Position numbers and translations under genes: made by a program | Virus record (IMG/VR): IMGVR_UViG_3300033179_000002 | Span: 1-64,000 of that record | From: a virus | Lineage: Duplodnaviria; Caudoviricetes | DNA length: 64,000 nucleotides | Reading direction: 5' to 3' (one strand) | Part shown: positions 1 to 9,972 of the stretch, piece by piece | Position numbering within the stretch: position 1 is the stretch's first letter | Layout: every line of letters begins with the position of its first letter | The notes under the pieces: generated by a model | Told to the model about the DNA's origin: nothing | The model's database searches: none | What the model saw: only the letters and a program-made list of their open reading frames with translations

Positions 1-271
1 GACGTCGACATCCACGACCCGGCCCACGAACGCGACGCCCCGCCCCAGGACACCGCCGACCGGTGGGATGACCCCGACACCAACGACGGCATCGTCTTCG
101 CCGACGAACGCGAGTACACTGGCGACTGACCAGCCCTGCGACCGGTCCTTCCCGAGCACCCCGGCCACCACGGCCGGGGTGCTTCTGTTCGAACACCCGT
201 ACGCGTACCCTGTGGATCGACGCGACGTCACCGCCCGCGACGGGCACCCCACAGAGGCAGGAAGGTCCGCG

Positions 272-1282
272 ATGGCCACCAGCACGGTACAGCCAGGCTT
301 GCAGGCGGTCTTCGCCTCGCCCTACACCCCCATCGGCACCATCAACGGCACCCCGATCTACCGCATCGGCGGCGCCCGCGGCGGCGGTGTCCAGATCGTC
401 GTCGACGACAGCGACGGCGACGACCTCGGCGACGAAGACGACGATGACGACGACGAGGAAGACGAGCCGGAGGCCGACCCCCAGGCGCGGCGCCGCACCA
501 CCCGCCGTGGTCAGCCGCAGGACGACGACGGCGAGGCCGACGGGGACGCCGAACCCGACGAACGCGATGCCGTCCTCGGGCGCATGGAAACCGCGCTGCG
601 CAAAGCCAACCGGGAAGCCGCGACCAGGCGCACCTTCGGCAAGAGCATGAAGAAACTCGGCATCGAAGACGGCAACCTGGACTCGTGGCTCATCGAACGC
701 GGCATCGACCCCGAAACCGGCGACCCGATCGGTGACGGCCCCCTCCATCCGGTCGGCGAAGACGAGCAGGGCGACGATCCGGGCGACAGCGGCGACCCGT
801 ACGAGGAATACCGGGAGGCCCCCCAGCTCAGCCGTCGCGACCAGCTCAAAGCCGACCGCGCCGTCGTGCAGCAGGTCATGAAGGCCGAACGACGCGGCGA
901 ACAGAAGGCCCTGGAGCGGTTGACGCCGATCCTCGCCCAGCAGGCCGCCGAGGCCGCGCTGCGCGCCGCCCACTTCAACGGCGACGCCGAAAAGCTGGCC
1001 ATGGCGCTGCGGTTCATCGACCCGGCACAGATCGACGTCGAAATCGACGACGAAGGCTACGACGTCGTCGGCATCGACGAGCAGGTTGCCGAACTCCAGG
1101 AACAGTTCCCGGAACTCTTCCGCACCAAGGAGACCCCGGCGCGCCGGGCATCGCGCGCCGCCGGTGCCGGCGGCCGGGCGCGGGGTGCCCGCGACGTCGA
1201 CGGCGGTGACCGCGGCCGGCAGCCGCAGGCGCCGCGGACCTGGGCGGAGAAGATGGCCGACCAGCTTGCCAAAGGCCGCTGA
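272..1282 (+). CDS. Capsid scaffolding protein
   Basis: Very acidic and coiled-coil-rich; C-terminal DPAQIDVE...IDEQVAELQEQFPELF resembles actinophage scaffolds; lies upstream of the capsid gene; ATG 272 follows GGAAGG. Confidence 0.7.
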   Translation: MATSTVQPGLQAVFASPYTPIGTINGTPIYRIGGARGGGVQIVVDDSDGDDLGDEDDDDDDEEDEPEADPQARRRTTRRGQPQDDDGEADGDAEPDERDAVLGRMETALRKANREAATRRTFGKSMKKLGIEDGNLDSWLIERGIDPETGDPIGDGPLHPVGEDEQGDDPGDSGDPYEEYREAPQLSRRDQLKADRAVVQQVMKAERRGEQKALERLTPILAQQAAEAALRAAHFNGDAEKLAMALRFIDPAQIDVEIDDEGYDVVGIDEQVAELQEQFPELFRTKETPARRASRAAGAGGRARGARDVDGGDRGRQPQAPRTWAEKMADQLAKGR

Positions 1283-1343
1283 CCACGGCCGGTGCGGTAT
1301 CGTCAGCCGACACTGTTCGATCAAGCAGGAAGAGGGGCACGCC

Positions 1344-1721
1344 GTGACATTCAGCCTGGCAGACGCCAAGATGATCATCGGCGGGCTTGCTGCGGTCGAA
1401 CGCATCGAATCCAAGATCAACGAACTGGGAGTACTCATGGCGACCGCCGCTGAGCAGATCGACGCCCTGTCCACGAAGGTCGACGCCCTCGGCGCGACGA
1501 CCGCCGACATCCTCGCCGACTTCCGGGCCTTCCGTGACGCGATGACCGCCGAGCGGGAGAACCTGACCACGGCGGGTCAGGCCGCCCTCGACGCGGCCAA
1601 CGCCAAGGTCGACACCGCGACCGCGAGCCTGCACGACCTCGACGTCGAGGTCGGCGACGCCGACGGCTCCGACACGCCGCCGCCCGCGCCGGTCGAGCCG
1701 CCCGCCGAACCGGTACTCTGA
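1344..1721 (+). CDS. Coiled-coil hypothetical protein (head region)
   Basis: GTG after GGAAGAGGGG RBS; heptad-like Ala/Leu pattern; phage-like codon usage. Confidence 0.65.
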   Translation: MTFSLADAKMIIGGLAAVERIESKINELGVLMATAAEQIDALSTKVDALGATTADILADFRAFRDAMTAERENLTTAGQAALDAANAKVDTATASLHDLDVEVGDADGSDTPPPAPVEPPAEPVL

Positions 1722-1744
1722 CCACAGCGCCACCGGCACAAACC

Positions 1745-1779
1745 CGCAACCCCGGTCACCCCCGTGGACCGGGGTTGCG
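1745..1779 (+). terminator. Stable hairpin, terminator-like
   Basis: 13-bp perfect stem CGCAACCCCGGTC/GACCGGGGTTGCG in the intergenic gap before the capsid gene. Confidence 0.5.
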
Positions 1780-1950
1780 TCATGTCTTGACCGGCACGCC
1801 CCTTGGCTGCTATGGAACACCCGTGCTATCTTGCTGATCAAGTAGCACGTGCCACGCCACGCCCGCGACGGGCCACCGTGGTCAGCCTGCCGCTTCGCTC
1901 GCGACGAGCAATCGAAATCCACCGATTGTGCGCGAGCGAAGGGAATTCAC

Positions 1951-3036
1951 ATGCAGCGCACCAACGCCCGCGTTGTCGTCGAGGCGCAGGACGACCGAGA
2001 CCACCTCCTGAAGTCCGGCATCATCGGCTTCACCCGTTCCGGCGACCCGGTCTACGCCGCCGGTGGTGGCACCAACCAGGACGTCAGCATCTGGATCCCG
2101 ATCGAGTACGACTCGAACGTCATCCAGCGCGTCCTCACCGAATCCGTCATCGAGTCGCAGGCCCGCCGGGTCATCATGTCCAGCAAGACGAAGTCGATCC
2201 CGCGTTCCGCGGGGATCACCGTCAGCGCGGGCACCACCTACGTGTCGGACACCTCGACCAACGACGACATCACGCTGACCGCGCGCCGGTTCATCGCCCG
2301 GGTCACCATCGACGAGGACGACCTTGCCGACGCCAACACCCGCGTCGACGTCCTCGGCACGAAGGCTCTCGACTGGGCGATCTCCTACGCCGACGTCTTC
2401 GACAACGCCTGTCTCGGCGTCACCGCCGTGGAAACCGGCGGCGCTGTCGCCCCGTTCACCTCCGCCTACAAGCGGCTGCGCACCACCAACTCGGCGACCA
2501 GCTACACCGCGGACGCCAACTACGCGCAGTGGGACGACGACCTCATCTCGATCCCGACGACCCCGGCCGGCACGTCGCTCTACGAGAAGCTGTCGTACAC
2601 GTTCAAGCAGGTCGAAACCGGGAAGTACTGGAACAACACCGACATGATCGTCATCGCCGCCCCGGGTTGGCGTGACGCGCTGCGCCTGTGCGTCGACGCG
2701 CAGGGCCGCCCCGTCTTCCAGGCCGGCACCGGCGCCCGGTCCGGCGACCGTCCCGGCAACGGCACCCCCGACGAGCTCTTCCAGACGCCGATCCACTGGT
2801 CGCGTGGCTGCAAGACGTCGGCGAGCAACAGCGGCAGCCCGGCCGGCAACGACCTGCTGTACTACGTCAACAAGCGCCACCTGGCGCGCGGTGACCGGTC
2901 CGGCCCGGAGACGTTGACCGACGACGCCCGCGCGCAGGACGACACCGACGACTACGCGATGAAGTTCCGGACCCGCCGCGCCTTCCAGCTCACCCACGAG
3001 AAGGCCGCCGCCGTCCTGGAGCGGATCACCGACTAG
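1951..3036 (+). CDS. Major capsid protein (HK97 fold)
   Basis: 361 aa; position after scaffold; IPIEYDSNVIQRV...ESVI, DEDDLAD, DAQGRPVF and FRTRRAFQLTHEKAAAVL patterns typical of HK97-type capsids. Confidence 0.85.
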   Translation: MQRTNARVVVEAQDDRDHLLKSGIIGFTRSGDPVYAAGGGTNQDVSIWIPIEYDSNVIQRVLTESVIESQARRVIMSSKTKSIPRSAGITVSAGTTYVSDTSTNDDITLTARRFIARVTIDEDDLADANTRVDVLGTKALDWAISYADVFDNACLGVTAVETGGAVAPFTSAYKRLRTTNSATSYTADANYAQWDDDLISIPTTPAGTSLYEKLSYTFKQVETGKYWNNTDMIVIAAPGWRDALRLCVDAQGRPVFQAGTGARSGDRPGNGTPDELFQTPIHWSRGCKTSASNSGSPAGNDLLYYVNKRHLARGDRSGPETLTDDARAQDDTDDYAMKFRTRRAFQLTHEKAAAVLERITD

Positions 3037-3158
3037 TAACCCGGCCCGGGGCGACCCGAAGGCCACAGCGAAGGAAAGGGAACCGGCGGCGGGCCAATGA
3101 GCCGCCGCCGGTTCTTCACATCCGGGGGAATCAGGGAGGGGTGGGGGCGGGAGGTGTC

Positions 3159-3509
3159 ATGGTTGCCATTCAGCAGGACATCGTCATCGACCGACGCGGA
3201 ACCTTCGAGCTGCCGGTCATCTGCTACGACCGCGACCCCGACACCCTGCAACTGGTGATCCGCGACCTGGCCGGCTGGACGGGCGCCATGCAGATCCGGG
3301 CGACCGCCGACGACACTACCGTCCTCGGGGAGGCCACCGTCGACATCGACGTGGCCACCGGGGTGGTCACCGCAACCATCGACGACATCGACACCGCCGC
3401 ATATGTGTGGCGGTCCGGGGTCTACGACCTGGTCATCACCGACGGGGTCTCCACCGATTACCTGGTCGAAGGTTCGGCCCGGGTCCGCCGCAGCATCACC
3501 GTCCCGTAA
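3159..3509 (+). CDS. Small beta-rich virion protein (BppU N-terminal-like)
   Basis: DLAGWTGAMQIR...GVYDLVITDG...YLVEG pattern; GGGAGG RBS. Confidence 0.55.
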   Translation: MVAIQQDIVIDRRGTFELPVICYDRDPDTLQLVIRDLAGWTGAMQIRATADDTTVLGEATVDIDVATGVVTATIDDIDTAAYVWRSGVYDLVITDGVSTDYLVEGSARVRRSITVP

Positions 3510-3518
3510 GGAGCAGGC

Positions 3519-3764
3519 ATGACCGACACCCCCCGGGACGTGCGCCACGGCACCCCGATCGACCTGGAGAAACTGCGCAGCCTTTCTGTCGGCCACCGCA
3601 CCCGCAACCGGGTCGTCGAAGGCCGCCGCGCCGACGGCGTCCGTGTCAAGGCGACCACCGACGAGCTCAACAACACCGTGACCGAGCACGCCAGCAAGGA
3701 CGACCGGGTCGACGTCACCATCCGGCCGGAAACCGTGCGACTGAAGATGGGAATGCGTCCATGA
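3519..3764 (+). CDS. Hypothetical protein
   Basis: AAGGAG RBS; coupled to the next gene by ATGA overlap. Confidence 0.6.
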   Translation: MTDTPRDVRHGTPIDLEKLRSLSVGHRTRNRVVEGRRADGVRVKATTDELNNTVTEHASKDDRVDVTIRPETVRLKMGMRP

Positions 3765-4171
3765 GCGACCGCCCCACCGCCGAAGAGCGGATCGCCGACC
3801 CGCTCTCCCATTTCCCCTACAGGCATGCTGCCGCCCGGCGCGCCGTCACCTCCGAAGCCGAAGAGGCGATCGTCGATGCGACAGCCGTCTACGTCGCTGC
3901 CCAGGAGGCATGGTTGCGCGAGCCGTCGGCCGAGTCGAAGGCCGCCCACCGGGAGGCCGCCGACATCGTCGTGACCACCCGGCAGGCGCACCGCGCCGAA
4001 CGCGAACGCGAATGGCTCCGCGCGCTGCTGGAGCTGGCGGAGGCCGGCACCCCGCTGAAGGCCTCCGAGGCCGCCCTGCTGCGCGAGCTCGCCGGACGCT
4101 ACGGCGCCGAGCTGCCCGCAGAGATCGCCGTGGACGACGAGGCGGCCCCGGCCGCGGACCCGGAGGCCTGA
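3761..4171 (+). CDS. Hypothetical helical protein
   Basis: ATGA overlap with the previous gene; in operon order. Confidence 0.6.
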   Translation: MSDRPTAEERIADPLSHFPYRHAAARRAVTSEAEEAIVDATAVYVAAQEAWLREPSAESKAAHREAADIVVTTRQAHRAEREREWLRALLELAEAGTPLKASEAALLRELAGRYGAELPAEIAVDDEAAPAADPEA

Positions 4172-4173
4172 TC

Positions 4174-4653
4174 ATGACTGTTTCTGTCTCCGGCATCTAC
4201 GTCGCCAACATGATCGACGTGTTCGACGCCACCCAGCTTGCCATCGACCTGTCGCTGACCACGCACAAGGTGGCGTTGCTCAGCAACGCGGCGACCCCGA
4301 ACTTTTCCACCGATGCCAGCTGGTCGAGCACCAACGAGGTGTCCGGGACCGGCTGGGCCACCGGCGGTGTCGCCCTGTCGGCGATCGCTGCGGGCGCCAC
4401 CTCGGCGGCCCCGACGAACACCGAATCGCCGACCGGCACCCAGATGTACGACATGGCCGATTTCTCGGTCGCCAGCACCACACTGACCAGCGCGGTCGCC
4501 TACCGGCTGTACGCCGATGCGCTGACCACGCCGACCGCCGACGCGCTGATCGTGCTCGTCTACTTCGGCGGCACCGCCTACAGCACCAACGCCGGCACCT
4601 TCGCCGTCCAGCACGCGGCCACCGGTGTGATGACCGTCGACTGGACGCCATAA
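4174..4653 (+). CDS. Putative virion structural protein
   Basis: DLSLTTHKVALL...TNEVSGTGWATGGVAL motif seen in phage structural proteins. Confidence 0.6.
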   Translation: MTVSVSGIYVANMIDVFDATQLAIDLSLTTHKVALLSNAATPNFSTDASWSSTNEVSGTGWATGGVALSAIAAGATSAAPTNTESPTGTQMYDMADFSVASTTLTSAVAYRLYADALTTPTADALIVLVYFGGTAYSTNAGTFAVQHAATGVMTVDWTP

Positions 4654-4739
4654 CCGCCCAAATCCACCCTAATCGGCTGAGCGCGCCGGGCTGAGGTCCG
4701 GCGCCCGGCCAGCGCCGGAACCCGGGGAGGTGGGCGGCC

Positions 4740-6257
4740 TTGAGCGGTAGCTATGCGGTCGGCACCAACTCGGTCAACTTCGCCGTAGGCGGCACCGGTG
4801 CGGCCGGCACCGGCGCCTACACGATCGCCGCGCTCGTCCAACCGGCCAGCGGCAACAACAATGCCGGCTTCATCGGCCTCTACGCCACCGCCACCCTGAC
4901 CCGGGCCCTGTTCGAAGATTCGCTGCTGCTGTTCGGCAACAACGACTTCTCCTCCGGATTCGGTCCCGGCGGCGGCAACATGACCCAGGACACCTGGTAC
5001 ATCGTTGTCGAAAGCAAGGCCGCCGGCAGCAACACGTACCGATTCCACATCTGGGCCTACGACGCGGGCGGGGCCGGCTCGTTCTCGCACGGCGTGAGCA
5101 CCGGCGCCGCCAACCAGGGCGACGGCTCCACCATCACGCAGATCCGGTTGGGCGCCAACGCCGTCTCCAGCAACGGTCTCATCGCCGTCGGGGCCGTCTG
5201 GAACCGGGTCCTGTCGGACGCCGAAGTCGACTCGATGAAGTCGGCGAACCTCGCCACCTGGAAGAATGTCTCTGGCGGGGCGCCGACCGCATTGATTTCC
5301 CTGGAAAACTGGAACGGTTCCACCGGGGGCACCGACCTGGTCGGCACCTCGACCCAGTCGAGTGTCACCGGCACCGTGTCCACCGGGGCGAACCCGCCCT
5401 CGTTCAACTTTTCCATCGGCGGCACCGACGCCACCGTAAGCGCCTCTGTCGTCGCCGCGATCGCCGCCGTCCCCGCACCCACCGTCAAGACCGGGTCAAC
5501 GGTCACCGGCGCCGTGGTGGCCGCCGTGGCTGCCGTCCCGGCGCCCACCGTCAAGACCGGCAGCACGGTGAACACCGCCACGGTGGCCGCTGTCGCTGCC
5601 GTGCCGGCCCCGACGGTGTCCGCCGGCTCAAGCCTCACCACGGCCACCGTTGCTGCGGTCGCCGCCGTCGGTGCTCCCACCGTCACCATCTCCAGCATCA
5701 TCACCGCCGTCACCGTCGCCGCGGTCGCCGCCGTGCCGGCCCCGACGGTGAAAACCGGGAGCACCGTCACCGCTGCCGTTGTCGCCGCGGTCGCCGCCGT
5801 CCCCGCGCCGAGCCTGTCCACCGGGTCCGTGGTCAGCGCGGTGACCGTCGCCGCCGTTGCGGCCGTCCCGGCGCCCAGCGTGTCCGCCGGGGGCAACGCC
5901 ACCGTCAACGCCTCCACCGTCGCGGTGTTCGCCGCCGTCGGTGCAGCCATCGTCTCGGCCGGCTCCACGGTCACTGCCGCGATGGTGGCCGCTGTCGCCG
6001 CCATGCCGACGCCGACAGCCGGCGCCGGATCCACGGCCAGCCCGGCCACCGTCGGCGCCGTCGCCGCGATCGGCAGCGTCACCGTCACCACCACCGGCGG
6101 CACCACCGTCGTCACTGTCACGGTCATGGCAACCGCCCGGGTCGGTGCCGTCACCGTCACCGTCGCCGCAACCCGCAGGGTGCCGCTGCTCGTGCACATC
6201 CGGGAGGCCCCGACGGCCCACATCCGGGAAGCCCCGCTGGTGCATGTCAGCGACTGA
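4740..6257 (+). CDS. Virion fibre-like protein: LamG/lectin-like N-domain plus 22-aa Ala/Val/Thr repeats
   Basis: N-domain ends IAVGAVWNRVLSDAEV (LamG-like); C-half is about 10 copies of TVAAVAAVPAPTVKTGSTVTAA; TTG start after GGGAGG. Confidence 0.65.
   Translation: MSGSYAVGTNSVNFAVGGTGAAGTGAYTIAALVQPASGNNNAGFIGLYATATLTRALFEDSLLLFGNNDFSSGFGPGGGNMTQDTWYIVVESKAAGSNTYRFHIWAYDAGGAGSFSHGVSTGAANQGDGSTITQIRLGANAVSSNGLIAVGAVWNRVLSDAEVDSMKSANLATWKNVSGGAPTALISLENWNGSTGGTDLVGTSTQSSVTGTVSTGANPPSFNFSIGGTDATVSASVVAAIAAVPAPTVKTGSTVTGAVVAAVAAVPAPTVKTGSTVNTATVAAVAAVPAPTVSAGSSLTTATVAAVAAVGAPTVTISSIITAVTVAAVAAVPAPTVKTGSTVTAAVVAAVAAVPAPSLSTGSVVSAVTVAAVAAVPAPSVSAGGNATVNASTVAVFAAVGAAIVSAGSTVTAAMVAAVAAMPTPTAGAGSTASPATVGAVAAIGSVTVTTTGGTTVVTVTVMATARVGAVTVTVAATRRVPLLVHIREAPTAHIREAPLVHVSD
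5448..6166 (+). repeat. About 10-11 imperfect 66-nt (22-aa) tandem repeats
   Basis: Counted directly in the translation (VAAVAAVPAPTV core). Confidence 0.85.
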
Positions 6258-6269
6258 GCGCAGCGACGT

Positions 6270-6285
6270 TCGCACAACTGTTCGG
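6270..6285. promoter_or_regulatory. LexA/SOS-box-like site
   Basis: TCGCAC-AACT-GTTCGG; 2 mismatches to the actinobacterial consensus TCGAAC-N4-GTTCGA; intergenic. Confidence 0.3.
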
Positions 6286-6312
6286 TACGATCACCGGGAA
6301 AGGGAGGCATCC

Positions 6313-7053
6313 ATGACCAGCAGCACCCCGACCAGCCCGTCAGAGGCGGACCTGAACCCGAACCCTGACGAGATCGTGCCCGACTACAGCCGGATCGGCT
6401 TCAAGGACCTGCGCGCACTATGCAAGCTGCGCGAAATCCCCGCCGACGGCAACGGCCCGGCCCTCATCGAAAAGCTGAAAGCTTTCGACGCCCAGCACGG
6501 CCTTGCCGTCGACACAACGGTGCCGGAGGGTGCCGGGAACGACGACGAGATCGACCTGCTCGCCGACGAGGATGAGACGCCCGGAACGTCCACCCCGGCA
6601 CCCGAGTCCGAGTCTGAGCCCGAACCTGCGCGCGAGCTCGCGCCCGTGGCCACCGAACCCGGCTGCCTACACCCGCTGTGCATCCTCGACCATCCGCATG
6701 CCGGCCCGGCAGTCCTGGCAGTACCGCCGACCCCGCCAGCCCCGCTTGAGACCCCGGCCGAGACTCCGCCCGGCGGCGTGGCGGAGGTTGCCTCCCCCTC
6801 CCCGTCGCCGGGCGGCCCGGCAGGGGTCACCGCAGATGCCCGCACATTCCGGTCCACGTTCGTCATCGGCCGGCACGACATCACCGACGACGACCACTTC
6901 CGCATGATCGCCGACACCCATGCTGCCGCCGCCGCCGCCGGGCTGCAGACGAAGGGCGGCATCACCGTCGGCAGCCGGATCGGCTACAGCGTCGACGGCA
7001 ACGGACAGCGCACCACCACCTACGAAGTCCTGCTGCGAAGGATGCTGCGATGA
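6313..7053 (+). CDS. Protein with N-terminal HeH/SAP/Rho-N-like helical motif
   Basis: YSRIGFKDLRALCKLREIPADGNGPALIEKL; Pro-rich linker; GGGAGG RBS. Confidence 0.55.
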   Translation: MTSSTPTSPSEADLNPNPDEIVPDYSRIGFKDLRALCKLREIPADGNGPALIEKLKAFDAQHGLAVDTTVPEGAGNDDEIDLLADEDETPGTSTPAPESESEPEPARELAPVATEPGCLHPLCILDHPHAGPAVLAVPPTPPAPLETPAETPPGGVAEVASPSPSPGGPAGVTADARTFRSTFVIGRHDITDDDHFRMIADTHAAAAAAGLQTKGGITVGSRIGYSVDGNGQRTTTYEVLLRRMLR

Positions 7054-7502
7054 GCTGGGCCACCATGGATGACGTCGTCGCCATCACCGGCCGGGAATCG
7101 ACGGTCGAAAACCTCACCCTGGCACACACCATGGTCGAAATCATCGGCGGGGCGTCGCCGACGGCGAGCGACGACGACCTCATCGCATCCAGCAACCTGC
7201 GGCGCCTGCAGCAGGCGACCGCCTTCCAGGCCGTGTGGCTCGACGACCACCCCGACGTGCTCACCTCGATGGACGTCGAGGGCATCTCCCAGGACGGACT
7301 CAACGCGCAGTACGCCAGCCGCTACGCACATCTGATGGCGCCGATGGCCACCCTGTGCATCAACCGCCTGTCGTGGAAGAAAGGCCCGATCCGGATCGGC
7401 CGGAACCGCCGCTGGGTCATCGACCGCGGCAACCGCGACTCCGCCGTCCGCGACGACCAGTACGAGTGGACCCCGATGCCGTTCGGATCGACACCCCGAT
7501 GA
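7050..7502 (+). CDS. Head-to-tail adaptor
   Basis: MSWATMDDVVAIT...LQQATAFQAVW; size and position. Confidence 0.7.
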   Translation: MSWATMDDVVAITGRESTVENLTLAHTMVEIIGGASPTASDDDLIASSNLRRLQQATAFQAVWLDDHPDVLTSMDVEGISQDGLNAQYASRYAHLMAPMATLCINRLSWKKGPIRIGRNRRWVIDRGNRDSAVRDDQYEWTPMPFGSTPR

Positions 7503-7834
7503 CATACTTCCTGGCCACGACGACGGCGACGATCCTGCGCGGCACCGCCGTCAACCGGTTCGGCGACGAGATCGACACCGACACCGTTGTGCAGACCCGG
7601 GTGCCGGTGTCGATCCTGCCGGGTGCGGCGCGCGGCGCCCGGCCGGCCTCCGGACGCAGGGACACGCCACGCCCCTATGTGCTGCGCATTTCCGGCGCCG
7701 TCACCATCCAGCAGGACGACCGGATCCGCGACGAGCGCACCGGCTGGATGTTCGCGGTCACCACCCTCGACGACCTGACCCCGAATCAGGTCGGGCATGG
7801 TGTTACCCGAGCCGATCTCCAACGTGTATCCTGA
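7499..7834 (+). CDS. Head-to-tail stopper
   Basis: TILRGTAVNRFGDEID...IQQDDRIRDERTG pattern; ATGA overlap. Confidence 0.7.
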   Translation: MTYFLATTTATILRGTAVNRFGDEIDTDTVVQTRVPVSILPGAARGARPASGRRDTPRPYVLRISGAVTIQQDDRIRDERTGWMFAVTTLDDLTPNQVGHGVTRADLQRVS

Positions 7835-7843
7835 CCTCAGTTT

Positions 7844-7879
7844 TCGGACATATGTTCGAAAGTGTCACATGGTGTGACA
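7844..7879. promoter_or_regulatory. LexA-box-like site next to a variant phage operator
   Basis: TCGGAC-ATAT-GTTCGA (7844-7859, 1 mismatch to the SOS box) followed by palindrome TGTCACA-TGG-TGTGACA (7863-7879). Confidence 0.45.
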
Positions 7880-7951
7880 GTCGGGCCGACCGGCTGGCAG
7901 GACCCGTGAACCCCGCGGGCTGACCGCAACCCGCCGAGGGGGTGGTGAACA

Positions 7952-8332
7952 GTGGCACGCTCGCATATCCGGCGAAACCCGGAATTCGATGCCTGGTTCA
8001 CCGTCCATGTCGGCGCACAGGTCAAGGCCGTTACCGAAGAGGTCGCGCTCGACTGCATCGCACACTGCCCGATCGGCTTCGGCGACCTCGTCGAGTCGAT
8101 CCACACCCGCTACCCCGGCAAGCTGCGCGGCATCGTCATCGTCGGCACCGACCATTGGGCGGACGTCGAATACGGCACCGCCCCGCACTGGATCAACAGT
8201 CACGGCACCTGGTCACTGCACAACCCGGAGACCGGCCAGTACTTCGGCCGCCGCGTCTGGCATCCCGGCACACATTCACAGCCGTTTATGCGCACCGCGC
8301 TCTACAAGCGCCGCCGGCTGGTGAAGCTGTGA
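7952..8332 (+). CDS. HK97 gp10-like neck/tail-completion protein
   Basis: CPIGFGDLVESI...VEYGT...QPFMRTAL motifs. Confidence 0.7.
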   Translation: MARSHIRRNPEFDAWFTVHVGAQVKAVTEEVALDCIAHCPIGFGDLVESIHTRYPGKLRGIVIVGTDHWADVEYGTAPHWINSHGTWSLHNPETGQYFGRRVWHPGTHSQPFMRTALYKRRRLVKL

Positions 8333-8817
8333 CCGTCACCCCACTGCCGCTGAAAGCGAACGCCGAGCTGACCACGGCCGCCTATGTGCGCGCCATCGTC
8401 GCCGCCTACGACACCGCCGTGGGCGCCGTGCTACAGGGCCCCGACCCCTCCGGTGTCGTGCAGTGGGGGCCGACCGGCTTCGTGCAGTTCACCACCGTCG
8501 GCGACCCCATCGACATGTACGTGCCGGTCCGCCACTCCGTGGTCAGCCTCGACATCTGGGCCGTCAACACCGGCAGCAGCAAGAAGCCGCCGTGGAACCT
8601 GGCCTACAGCATCGCCGAGACGATCATCGCAGCACAATATGATCTTGCGGTCATCGGCGCCGGGGACACGCACGCCGTGGTCAGCCTGCCGTCCGGCTAT
8701 CCGAACGCCCGGGTGGCCGGGTTCGTGATGCGCAACGGCCCGATGCGCCGGCCCAGCGACCAGGCGGATTTTGCGCACCTCGGCATGGAAGCGGAAATTT
8801 CGTGGCACGGACTATAA
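8329..8817 (+). CDS. Tail terminator protein
   Basis: Immediately before the major tail gene; VVSLDIWA motif; GTGA overlap. Confidence 0.65.
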   Translation: MTVTPLPLKANAELTTAAYVRAIVAAYDTAVGAVLQGPDPSGVVQWGPTGFVQFTTVGDPIDMYVPVRHSVVSLDIWAVNTGSSKKPPWNLAYSIAETIIAAQYDLAVIGAGDTHAVVSLPSGYPNARVAGFVMRNGPMRRPSDQADFAHLGMEAEISWHGL

Positions 8818-8842
8818 CGCCCGAATCGGACAAGGGAGACAA

Positions 8843-9436
8843 ATGACCAACGGTGCCGCATATCAGGTGATTCAGGGCGCTGGTCGAATGTACACCAGCA
8901 CCTTCAGCCTGACCGCCGCCAACGAACCCGGCCTGACCGCCATCAACAGCGTGCCGCAGTCGTCCGCCTGGACATACACGGGTTTCACCTCCGACGGCAT
9001 CACCGTCACGATCGCCCAGGCGTTCTCGGAGATGCGCGTCGACCAGCTCGCCGACCGGGTCGGCACGAAGATGGTCACCCGTGAGCTCACGCTCAAGGCC
9101 AACCTGGCTGAGGCGACCCTGGAAAACTTCACCCTCGGCCTCAACTCCGGCACCATCACCACCGCGGCCGGCCCGGCCGCCTACAAGCAGTACGAGCCGG
9201 TGTACGACGGCACCGAGCTCCAGCCGACATACATCGCCGTCCTGTTCGACGGCTACGCCCCGGCGAACTCGGCGGGTGTCGTGAAGCGGCGCCGCATCCT
9301 CATCCGCAAGGCCATCTCGACCGAAAACGTCGAACTGGCATACAAGAAGGACGCCCTGACCCTGGTCCCGGTGACCTTCACCAGCCACTACATCTCCGAC
9401 ACCGTCGCACCGTTCCGGTTCGTCGACGAGAGCTGA
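8843..9436 (+). CDS. Major tail (tube) protein
   Basis: WTYTGFTSDGITVT...VDQ...ANLAEATLEN pattern; precedes chaperone and tape measure. Confidence 0.8.
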   Translation: MTNGAAYQVIQGAGRMYTSTFSLTAANEPGLTAINSVPQSSAWTYTGFTSDGITVTIAQAFSEMRVDQLADRVGTKMVTRELTLKANLAEATLENFTLGLNSGTITTAAGPAAYKQYEPVYDGTELQPTYIAVLFDGYAPANSAGVVKRRRILIRKAISTENVELAYKKDALTLVPVTFTSHYISDTVAPFRFVDES

Positions 9437-9516
9437 CCCGGCCGGCTGCGCTGGCAGGGCTGACAGGGTCGCACGAGATCTGATCGAACGCTCAACCAAC
9501 AGGGAGGCACCCCATC

Positions 9517-9972
9517 ATGGCAGGCACCACGGCAGCGAAGCGGGCCCCGGCGAAGCGGACGGCGAAGGCCGCCCCGCGGCCCGACCCGGCGGAGCAGGAA
9601 CCGCCGGAGCTCCGCGATTTCTACGACCAGGTCGACGCCCTCGACGAGGAAACCGAAGACGTCAGCCTGGACATGTCCAGCCGCAAGGGCAAGGAACGGG
9701 AGGAGGTCCGGGAGAAGCTGTTCAGCATCGACGGTGTTGACTACCTCATCCCGAAAGAGTTCGGCCCGAACCTGTCGCTTGTCTTCATCGACGCCATCGG
9801 CCGGGTCGGCGAAGACGTCGCCATCGGCCGGGTCATGCGGGTCGCGCTCGGCAAAGCCGGCTGGGAGGCGTTGCAGGAGTTCGAAGACCTGCAGCCGCTG
9901 CAGCTCAAGAAGATCATGAGTATCGTCATGCGCAAGATCATGGGTGCGATCGAGGCCGAGAAGGGAAAATAG
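9517..9972 (+). CDS. Tail assembly chaperone (G)
   Basis: Between major tail and tape measure; ends in a slippery heptamer. Confidence 0.8.
   Translation: MAGTTAAKRAPAKRTAKAAPRPDPAEQEPPELRDFYDQVDALDEETEDVSLDMSSRKGKEREEVREKLFSIDGVDYLIPKEFGPNLSLVFIDAIGRVGEDVAIGRVMRVALGKAGWEALQEFEDLQPLQLKKIMSIVMRKIMGAIEAEKGK
9963..9969 (+). promoter_or_regulatory. -1 programmed ribosomal frameshift site G GGA AAA
   Basis: XXXYYYZ heptamer just before TAG 9970-9972; the -1 frame stays open to 10250. Confidence 0.85.

Noticed and set aside
1305-1320. LexA box before 1344
   Set aside because: Only the right half (GTTCGA) matches and the spacing is wrong.
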